This document shows, piece after piece, positions 39,987-47,506 of a stretch of DNA of 64,000 nt. A program made the translations under genes and the position numbers. Under the pieces are notes generated by a model. The model was not told the origin of the DNA. It saw only the letters and a list, made by a program, of their open reading frames with translations, and did no database searches. The stretch covers positions 43,178 to 107,177 of the forward strand of contig JBBKWU010000021.1 of NCBI GenBank assembly GCA_037969035.1, read 5' to 3'. This DNA is from Bdellovibrionales bacterium (GTDB lineage Bacteria; Pseudomonadota; Alphaproteobacteria; Micavibrionales; Micavibrionaceae). The stretch's first letter is position 1. Each line of letters begins with the position of its first letter.

Positions 39987-40985
39987 TTACATCCCCTTAT
40001 GCACTAAACTGAAACCGTATAGATATGTTGCCACCATATAAACAAGATACCCCAATAAAAACAGATACCCCAGCGGCTTTGTAACCTTTTTATAAAATAA
40101 CAGAATGATCGTAAACAAAGCACTAATGCCAAGCGTGACCCAAATATCAAGAGCCATCAATTGCGGTTCTAAATCACCCGTAACATATGGTTTTATCGCA
40201 CCCGTCACACCCAAAATCATCAAAATATTAAAAACGTTCGAGCCAATAATATTACCCACGACCAAATCACTTTGTCCACGACGTGCCGCGATAATACATG
40301 TGGTCAGTTCAGGCAAAGATGTTCCGATCGCAATAACGCTTAAACCGATCACAGCCTCAGGAACACCGAGCACCGTTGCGCTAACTTTCGCGCCGCGCAC
40401 CAAAAATTCAGCACCCAATGCAATGGCGGCTAGACCCAGCAGCAGATAAATCATGGCTGTACGGAAGCTCGCAAATTCTGGGTTTTCAACGTCCTCGACA
40501 GGGATATCCCCCTTACGCGACATATAATATTGCCACAGCACATAGGCCGCGAGCAAAACAACCATTGCAACCGCCATCAATTGTGAAATGCCGCCCCAAA
40601 CAAACAGCCCCACCAACAAAACAGTGGCAAACATCATCATCACCAAGTCACGCAGTAGCGCGCGTGGCACAACATGGATAGTGGCAATCGCCGCCGTGGC
40701 ACCAATCACCAACAAGATATTGGCGATATTTGACCCAATCACATTACCAACCGCAATCCCCGAAGATCCCGATAGATGCGCCGTAAGTGAAACCAAAAGC
40801 TCAGGAAAAGATGTTCCGAATGCCACAATCGTAAAACCAACAACAAGCGGTGAAATACCAAAATGTCGCGCGACAAAAACCGCACCGTCAATACACCAAT
40901 CACCACCCTTAATCAACATGATCATCCCAAAACCAAGACAACCGATGGCAAGCAAAAAGGCTTCTATCATTGTGAATTCCATCAT
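39987..40985 (-). CDS. CaCA family Na+/Ca2+ (K+-dependent type, YrbG-like) exchanger
   Basis: 332 aa with about 10 TM helices. Both alpha-repeats are present: FGTSFPELLVS...GNVIGSNIANILLVIG and IGTSLPELTT...GNIIGSNVFNILMILG. Confidence 0.92.
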   Translation of the reverse strand: MMEFTMIEAFLLAIGCLGFGMIMLIKGGDWCIDGAVFVARHFGISPLVVGFTIVAFGTSFPELLVSLTAHLSGSSGIAVGNVIGSNIANILLVIGATAAIATIHVVPRALLRDLVMMMFATVLLVGLFVWGGISQLMAVAMVVLLAAYVLWQYYMSRKGDIPVEDVENPEFASFRTAMIYLLLGLAAIALGAEFLVRGAKVSATVLGVPEAVIGLSVIAIGTSLPELTTCIIAARRGQSDLVVGNIIGSNVFNILMILGVTGAIKPYVTGDLEPQLMALDIWVTLGISALFTIILLFYKKVTKPLGYLFLLGYLVYMVATYLYGFSLVHKGM

Positions 40986-41034
40986 TAAGCGTACATACTC
41001 TTTGTTAGTAATTAATCATTTAAGTTGCCCGCTA

Positions 41035-41814
41035 TCAGGCTTGTGATTTTTGGCCGTCAGCCCATTCCAGACCAAACCCAAAGGCGCGATCCATTTCCGC
41101 ATGGCCAGGGTAGTACTCTGTGTAATTTGTGAGACGTACACCACCGCGCACTTGCTCTAACCCCGCAACAGCACACAATGAAAGCTCTGATTTATATGTA
41201 TGTAATTTTACGATCATCGGTTTTTCACCGGGCACACGAATTTGTATTTGCGGTTGAATTTCCGCCCAATTCACGGCACCTTCGTAAATATAAAGATAAA
41301 CCATAAGGCGCTTTATCTGTGGCCATTTTTTACCGTTAATCAAAATAATTTCATCTTCGCCATCATCATCGTCATCATCATCGCCCGTGCGATCATCATG
41401 CGAGAGTTTCATAAACGGCTCATCATTGTAATCACCAAAATGTTCACCAAAAGCTTGTATAGAACCGCGCTCGCCATTTTCAAGCTCGTACAGGCATCCT
41501 AAATCCAAATCAACGCCCTTAAATTTTTTCGGTTTCTTGGTTTTTTTGCCGAGTAGTTTATTTAAAAAGCCTGTGGGTTTCTCCTCGTCGCCATCATGGA
41601 TATTCTGCCATGCCGCGCCGATGCGGATTTCTTTGTAACCACCTTCTTGTGGTTGAATAATATCAACCTGTCCCGTTTCACCCAGATAATTATAGGAATT
41701 ATCGTCCGTATGGGACACATACCCCGCCGCGCCCAAAGCGCTACGGCCTGTAAAGCTTGAACGGCTTTTACTTGCTTCTGCTAATGAATCTACCGATGAT
41801 TTATCGCGTGACAT
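41035..41814 (-). CDS. divergent TerD-like domain protein with a poly-Asp insertion
   Basis: VDLDLGCLYELENGERGSIQAFGEHFG...LSHDDRTGDDDDDDDGEDEIILING...IKRLMVYLYIYEG matches the TerD-family pattern seen in the actinobacterial type (DLDLGC...GDDRTG...GE). The family call is from memory. Confidence 0.7.
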   Translation of the reverse strand: MSRDKSSVDSLAEASKSRSSFTGRSALGAAGYVSHTDDNSYNYLGETGQVDIIQPQEGGYKEIRIGAAWQNIHDGDEEKPTGFLNKLLGKKTKKPKKFKGVDLDLGCLYELENGERGSIQAFGEHFGDYNDEPFMKLSHDDRTGDDDDDDDGEDEIILINGKKWPQIKRLMVYLYIYEGAVNWAEIQPQIQIRVPGEKPMIVKLHTYKSELSLCAVAGLEQVRGGVRLTNYTEYYPGHAEMDRAFGFGLEWADGQKSQA

Positions 41815-41884
41815 GATTGATACCTCCTTCAGAATAAGAAAGATATCATTGAAGCCCCATAAAGGAAAGACAACTATTTAGATT

Positions 41885-42607
41885 TCATCGTGGCCCCAAG
41901 GCACCATCACGAACACGAAAAGGAGATGGGCCAACATATAAAGATTGGGTCAATTCCGTCAGAGCCGCATTTCGATATGTTTCCAGCCGATAACGCAGCA
42001 CCATATCATTTTGGTCAAGCTGCGCGCCGTGCTGCGTCACGTATTGAACGGCAAAATCATCCCATCCTTTATCAAGGGCTTCATTGACCTGATTACTATG
42101 CCGCGCATGTTCTTCATCAAACACCACGCCATGACGTAAAATCGACAACGCAATATGCTCCGACGGATACGCATAAATTGCTAAATACAGCATGTTTTCA
42201 GGGACAGGGCGGCCTTCTAGCTGACCAAGCAGCATATCAACATCCGCACCCAATTGACGTTCAATCGCCAAGGTCAAAAAATTTTCGATGCGCGCATCAG
42301 CATCAGACAAAGCCCCGTCACGATCTTTTTCCACCAATTGCCACCAACCTTTACGGTAAGCATCTTCCATTGCCGCACCATCGTCTTTTTCGGGTTCCGC
42401 ACCATAAAGATTGATGTATTTTTCAGCGAACGCACGGTTATCCGTCCTCAGGGCCCAGTCGATTATATGAGATTCAAATTGTTGTATCGTCCAAGATCCC
42501 GCAGAAGCCGCAACACCAAAAGCGACTAAAAGGCTTCCACAAATCGCCATTTCTCTCAACGGCAATTTAGATTTTGGTGGTTTTTTGCTGAAATCCAGCC
42601 GCGTCAC
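41885..42607 (-). CDS. hypothetical N-terminally membrane-anchored protein (240 aa)
   Basis: One TM helix (MAICGSLLVAFGVAASAG) is followed by a helical-looking soluble domain. It lies 70 nt upstream of, and co-directional with, the TerD-like gene. Confidence 0.5.
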   Translation of the reverse strand: MTRLDFSKKPPKSKLPLREMAICGSLLVAFGVAASAGSWTIQQFESHIIDWALRTDNRAFAEKYINLYGAEPEKDDGAAMEDAYRKGWWQLVEKDRDGALSDADARIENFLTLAIERQLGADVDMLLGQLEGRPVPENMLYLAIYAYPSEHIALSILRHGVVFDEEHARHSNQVNEALDKGWDDFAVQYVTQHGAQLDQNDMVLRYRLETYRNAALTELTQSLYVGPSPFRVRDGALGPR

Positions 42608-42802
42608 TTGAAGTCCCTGTCAATATTATGTCTTATTTAAATAACTTATAGCGGAACGCAGAATTGCTGTCAAAAATAAGTAGCGAGGGCGTGTTGATTT
42701 TTCGCTCTGATATTAGTGCGAACAGCTTTGATTGCTAAAGCTGTATGGTTTTGATATAAAAAAGCCGCATTTGATAACAAAGAATTCAGAAAGACAAAAA
42801 AT

Positions 42803-44482
42803 ATGGCTTCGTACGAATATATTTATGTGATGAACAACCTTTCCAAAAGCTTCTCCGGTGGGAAAAAGGTATTGGAAAATGTCACGCTCAGCTTTTACCC
42901 TGGCGCGAAAATCGGTGTTTTAGGCCCGAACGGCGCTGGTAAATCAACACTCCTTCGCATCATGGCCGGACAAGACAAGGATTACACAGGAGAAGCATGG
43001 TCAGCAGACAAAGCCCGTGTTGGTTACCTACCGCAGGAACCAAAGCTTGATGAGAGCAAAACAGTTGAAGAAAACGTGTTAGAAGGCCTTGCCCCGATCA
43101 AAGCCAAGGTTGAGCGTTTCAAAGAAGTTGCGGCCGAAATGGCTGATCCCGATGCTGATTTTGATGCATTGACCGAGGAAATGGGCACATTACAGGAAGA
43201 AATTGATGCGGCAGATGGTTGGGGCATTGACCGTGCTGTGCAAATGGCGATGGATGCGCTTCGTTGCCCACCGAGTGATGCGTCTGTTACAAATCTATCG
43301 GGTGGTGAGAAACGCCGTGTCGCACTTGCCAAGCTGCTACTTGAAAAACCTGATTTGCTCTTGCTTGACGAACCAACCAACCACTTGGACGCCGAGAGCG
43401 TTGCATGGCTTCAACGCCATTTAAATGATTACACAGGAACCGTTGTGATGGTCACGCATGATCGTTACTTCCTTGACAACGTCACAGGCTGGATTTTGGA
43501 GATCGACCGCGGCATTGGTATCCCTTATGAAGGCAACTATACAGCCTATCTACGGGCCAAGCACAAACGGATGTTGCAAGAATCTCGCGAAGAAAAATCA
43601 CGCCAAAAAACATTGGAGCGCGAACAAGAATGGATGGGGCAAACTCCACAAGGCCGCCGCAAGAAATCTCAGGCGCGGATCAATTCATACGACGAGCTAT
43701 TGCGCGAGTCACAACAGCAAACCGTACGCAACGCACAAATCGTCATCCCAACACCGCCACGCCTTGGTGATATTGTGATTAACGCTGAGGCTCTTTCGAA
43801 AGGTTATGATGATCGCTTGTTGATTGACGGCTTGGAATTCAAACTGCCACCGGGCGGTATTGTCGGTGTGATTGGCCCGAACGGTGCGGGTAAAACCACA
43901 TTGTTCCGCATGATTACAGAGCAAGAACAACCAGATAGCGGTACGCTCCGCATCGGTGAAACTGTGAAGCTTGGCTATGTTGATCAAAGCCGTGATTCAC
44001 TTGATCCGAACAAATCTGTTTGGGAGGAAATCTCTGACGGGATGGATGTTCTCAAACTCGGTAAAATCGATATGCAGAGCCGCGCATACGTTGCGGCCTT
44101 TAACTTCCGCAGTGATATGCAGCAACAAAAAGTCGGTAAGCTTTCTGGTGGTCAACGCAACCGTGTGCACCTTGCCAAAATGCTTAAAAGCGGCGCGAAT
44201 GTCTTGCTGCTCGATGAACCGACAAACGATTTGGATACAGAAACACTCTCCGCGCTTGAAGAGGCTCTTGAGCTGTTCCCTGGTTGCGCGGTGGTTATTT
44301 CTCACGACCGTGCATTTTTGGACCGTTTGGCCACCCATATTTTGGCATTCGAAGGCGATTCAAACGTGGTTTGGTTCGAAGGAAATTACGAAGATTATGA
44401 AAAAGATTATCGCCGCCGTACAGGTCAAGATGCAGGCACGCCAAGCCGCATCAAATACAAACCGTTGCGCAAAGCAGGCTAA
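42803..44482 (+). CDS. ettA: energy-dependent translational throttle ABC-F ATPase
   Basis: 559 aa. It has two ABC cassettes (GPNGAGKST twice, LSGGEKRR and LSGGQRNR, LLLDEPTNHLD and LLLDEPTNDLD). The EttA-type N-terminus YIYVMNNLSK is present. Confidence 0.96.
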   Translation: MASYEYIYVMNNLSKSFSGGKKVLENVTLSFYPGAKIGVLGPNGAGKSTLLRIMAGQDKDYTGEAWSADKARVGYLPQEPKLDESKTVEENVLEGLAPIKAKVERFKEVAAEMADPDADFDALTEEMGTLQEEIDAADGWGIDRAVQMAMDALRCPPSDASVTNLSGGEKRRVALAKLLLEKPDLLLLDEPTNHLDAESVAWLQRHLNDYTGTVVMVTHDRYFLDNVTGWILEIDRGIGIPYEGNYTAYLRAKHKRMLQESREEKSRQKTLEREQEWMGQTPQGRRKKSQARINSYDELLRESQQQTVRNAQIVIPTPPRLGDIVINAEALSKGYDDRLLIDGLEFKLPPGGIVGVIGPNGAGKTTLFRMITEQEQPDSGTLRIGETVKLGYVDQSRDSLDPNKSVWEEISDGMDVLKLGKIDMQSRAYVAAFNFRSDMQQQKVGKLSGGQRNRVHLAKMLKSGANVLLLDEPTNDLDTETLSALEEALELFPGCAVVISHDRAFLDRLATHILAFEGDSNVVWFEGNYEDYEKDYRRRTGQDAGTPSRIKYKPLRKAG

Positions 44483-44501
44483 GTCATTCAATTTTAAAGA
44501 T

Positions 44502-44541
44502 AAAAAATGTCGCTCGCATTATTGTGGCGCGGCATTTTTTA
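44502..44541 (+). terminator. probable rho-independent terminator after ettA
   Basis: aaaaaATGtCGC-13 nt loop-GCGcgGCATtttttt begins 20 nt after the stop codon. The stem is imperfect and is followed by a T-run. Confidence 0.55.
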
Positions 44542-44556
44542 TTGCCTAACGACCTG

Positions 44557-44593
44557 TTTAGATTGGAAAATTTAATCTAAAACGTGCTATAAT
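44557..44593 (+). promoter_or_regulatory. putative extended -10 promoter (TGcTATAAT) with an adjacent 8-bp inverted repeat, upstream of the paralogue array
   Basis: The inverted repeat is tttagatt-9 nt-aatctaaa (44557-44581). It is followed by tgcTATAAT (44585-44593), about 100 nt before the GTG at 44692. There is no good -35 element. Confidence 0.35.
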
Positions 44594-44691
44594 AAGTGAG
44601 ACGAATAATAAAACGGACTTTAATAAAATTTTATATAGTTTCCGTGTATGATATTGTTGGCGTGTAATATAAAAAAATCAGGTGTGAGTGA

Positions 44692-47439
44692 GTGCTGCAG
44701 GCAAATGACATTAAACCATATTTAAAGCCTAAAAAGGTTCTCGGCTATATGTTTATGCCGCGGATTATTCCGCGCATCAAAGAATTAGTCGGTAGTGGTT
44801 TTGGGTGGGTTGCCATGCTTATGGCGATCATCTATCAGTCTGTTCGCTTGTTACCGCCCGCACACCCTTATACGAACCCTGCCAATAAAGGGAAGTTCGG
44901 CATAAGGCATGTTATCGTCGAAGCTTGGGGCAATCTGACATTCAAACGCGCAAACATCGACCAAATCGTGATTTTCTGCCTGCTTCTTCTCGGATTCATT
45001 TTGCTCGGGTTTCAAATTGGGGGTCTGCTATTGGGTGCTATCATCCAGCCTGCTTTCGCTATTCCTGGCTTTCTAGGGCTTTTTGCAACGCCTAATCCAA
45101 CCAACGATATTGCTTTCATGATTTTGGATCAGGTGTTTGGGATTCCCAATCTATATAACTCCAAATTTGGCCCCACGGGCCCCGGCACCATTCCTTTGTT
45201 CCAACAAGGTCTGCATGTTTTATTCAGCTATTACAGCACGATGATTTTGATCGTTGCTGTGTTTGTTTTGCTGTATTACGTTGTCATCACGCTTGGTGAA
45301 ACAGCAACAACAGGTGTGCCGTTCGGGCGCAGATTTAACTCCATTTATGCACCATTACGCCTTGTGGTTGCTGTCGGCCTTTTGGTTCCCGTTAATTATG
45401 GCTTAAACACCGCGCAATACATTACGCTATTTGCCGCGAAGTACGGTTCTAGTTTTGCAACAAACGGGTGGATACTGTTCGCCAACAGCGTTGCAAACCC
45501 CTCTAGTACGCAAGACGAGTCACTGCTCGCGCGCCCAACCGTTCCTGACGTCAAACATATTGTAAAATTTATGATGCTTGTTCAAGCGTGTCGCGTGGCT
45601 TACGAGCGCTTATATGATGGCTCTAGCTATAATGGTCAAGTTATAACCATTGAACCATATTATGTGAGTTCACTTGCTCCAGCCCAAGTTGTTCCAGTAC
45701 CAATTACACCGGCGGACTGGCAAGCAGCGGTCACATACTACAACAACAGTGATATTATTATTCGTTTTGGTCATGAAGATGCCGCAGAATATCCGCTGGA
45801 AAAAAGTAATGTTTACCCATATTGCGGTGAGATCACGATTCATACCACATCGAATGATGGCATTGCTGGTGTAACAAATGCCGCCGAAGAAGTCCAATAC
45901 CGGTATCTATGGTTAATCCGCCAGCTTTATTTTAGCACCTTTTTTAGGGATTTCGGAGAGCGTGCCTTCAGGGTTAGCATAAAAATTGGCTCGACTCCAC
46001 TTGATCCTTGCGCGATCACCTTTGTGGGAGAGGTAAGCTGTACCACACCGACCGCACGCTTGCCGCCCGAAGAGTATAAAGTCAGTGCGTATGTTGGTAG
46101 AAATACCGCATTTTTAAATCAAGTTAAAAACGCTTATGATAATGCAAATAATGGAACGTATGCCACAGCATATACTGTGCCCCCAGCTTTACTGGACAGA
46201 GGATGGGGTGGGGCAGCGATCTGGTACAACCAAATTGCCGAATGGAACGGTGCATTTACAGCGGCGACACTTAACGTTCCAACACCAAGTAAACTGCCGT
46301 CCGTTATGGAAAAAGTTGCAAAGGAACGTGATTCAAACGATCAAACCGTTGAGTCGGGGCACCGCTATCGCCCTTATCTATCAAATAATCAAAAGGTGGA
46401 ATTTGACCTGGGTGGGGAACATGACATTGCGGTGATGTTGAATGAGTCCTACGAATACTGGGAAAAAAGCGATAGTAGTGAATGGACGGATATGCAAGAA
46501 TCCGGAAATATTATCATCGCGACACTCAGCCGTATTTTTGGCTTAAACGGCTTATTCGATATGCGTGACAACCCAGACACACACCCGCTCGCATCACTTG
46601 TGGCGGCGGGTAAAGGCATAATTGAGAGTGCCATTCGTAACCTTATGATTGGTCTTGGATTTGGGTTTGCTGGTGGTGTTGCTGGTGCATTTGACCCCCA
46701 TATTGGTGGATTTTTAGGTGCCGTTTCAGGCATGCTCGTTTCGTTTTCCACGATTGGTATCACAGTTGGGTTTGTGCTGTATTATATTTTACCGTTTATG
46801 CCATTCATGTATTTCTTCTTTGCCGTCGGCGGTTGGGTGAAATCCATTTTCGAAGCACTTGTCGGTGTTCCCCTATGGGCACTTGCGCACTTACGCATTG
46901 ATGGGAATGGTATTCCAGCAGACAATGCCTCTGCGGGTTACTTCCTGATTTTTGAAATTTTTGTAAGACCTATTTTAACCGTTTTCGGATTATTGGGCGG
47001 CATGGCCATTTTCACCGCTATGATGCGTGTCATGCACGATATTTTCCCGCTTGTCGTTGCCAACTTAACTGGTTTTGATGCCAGTCTTGACGATAAAACA
47101 GGCACGATTATGGGGATTGAATATAAGCGCGATATCATCGACGAATTTATGTTCACCATTATCTACACAATTGTGGCGTACATGATTGCGACATCAAGTT
47201 TTAAAATGATTGACCAAGTACCAAACAGCATCATGCGTTGGATGGGTGCAGGCATACAATCATTCAACGACCAACGCGATGACGCCGTCCCTGGACTTGT
47301 ACAATACGCGGGTATCGGTGGTTATGGTATGGCAAACCAAGTGACTGGTGCTTTGCAGCAAGGAGCAACAGGTGCGGGATCGGTTATAGGAACGGGCGGC
47401 AAGGCTTTATTTGGTCTTGGTACGCGCGCAGGCAAATAG
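44692..47439 (+). CDS. large polytopic membrane protein, paralogue 1 of 3 (possibly DotA/TraY-like; function unknown)
   Basis: 915 aa. GTG start with an aggtg RBS 7 nt upstream. The N-terminal (~4) and C-terminal (~5-6) hydrophobic helices flank a ~380 aa hydrophilic domain. It shares long motif blocks with the next two ORFs. Confidence 0.85.
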   Translation: MLQANDIKPYLKPKKVLGYMFMPRIIPRIKELVGSGFGWVAMLMAIIYQSVRLLPPAHPYTNPANKGKFGIRHVIVEAWGNLTFKRANIDQIVIFCLLLLGFILLGFQIGGLLLGAIIQPAFAIPGFLGLFATPNPTNDIAFMILDQVFGIPNLYNSKFGPTGPGTIPLFQQGLHVLFSYYSTMILIVAVFVLLYYVVITLGETATTGVPFGRRFNSIYAPLRLVVAVGLLVPVNYGLNTAQYITLFAAKYGSSFATNGWILFANSVANPSSTQDESLLARPTVPDVKHIVKFMMLVQACRVAYERLYDGSSYNGQVITIEPYYVSSLAPAQVVPVPITPADWQAAVTYYNNSDIIIRFGHEDAAEYPLEKSNVYPYCGEITIHTTSNDGIAGVTNAAEEVQYRYLWLIRQLYFSTFFRDFGERAFRVSIKIGSTPLDPCAITFVGEVSCTTPTARLPPEEYKVSAYVGRNTAFLNQVKNAYDNANNGTYATAYTVPPALLDRGWGGAAIWYNQIAEWNGAFTAATLNVPTPSKLPSVMEKVAKERDSNDQTVESGHRYRPYLSNNQKVEFDLGGEHDIAVMLNESYEYWEKSDSSEWTDMQESGNIIIATLSRIFGLNGLFDMRDNPDTHPLASLVAAGKGIIESAIRNLMIGLGFGFAGGVAGAFDPHIGGFLGAVSGMLVSFSTIGITVGFVLYYILPFMPFMYFFFAVGGWVKSIFEALVGVPLWALAHLRIDGNGIPADNASAGYFLIFEIFVRPILTVFGLLGGMAIFTAMMRVMHDIFPLVVANLTGFDASLDDKTGTIMGIEYKRDIIDEFMFTIIYTIVAYMIATSSFKMIDQVPNSIMRWMGAGIQSFNDQRDDAVPGLVQYAGIGGYGMANQVTGALQQGATGAGSVIGTGGKALFGLGTRAGK

Positions 47440-47506
47440 GCAGGGTCATAATTAACAATTAGTCATAACAATAGACAAATGAGACAAAACAAATAAAAGG
47501 CAAACT

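Noticed and set aside
43971-44549. 192-aa plus-strand ORF in an alternative frame over the 3' end of ettA and its terminator
   Set aside because: The ettA frame is strongly supported by its second ABC cassette here. The alternative frame runs through the terminator hairpin and is not credible.
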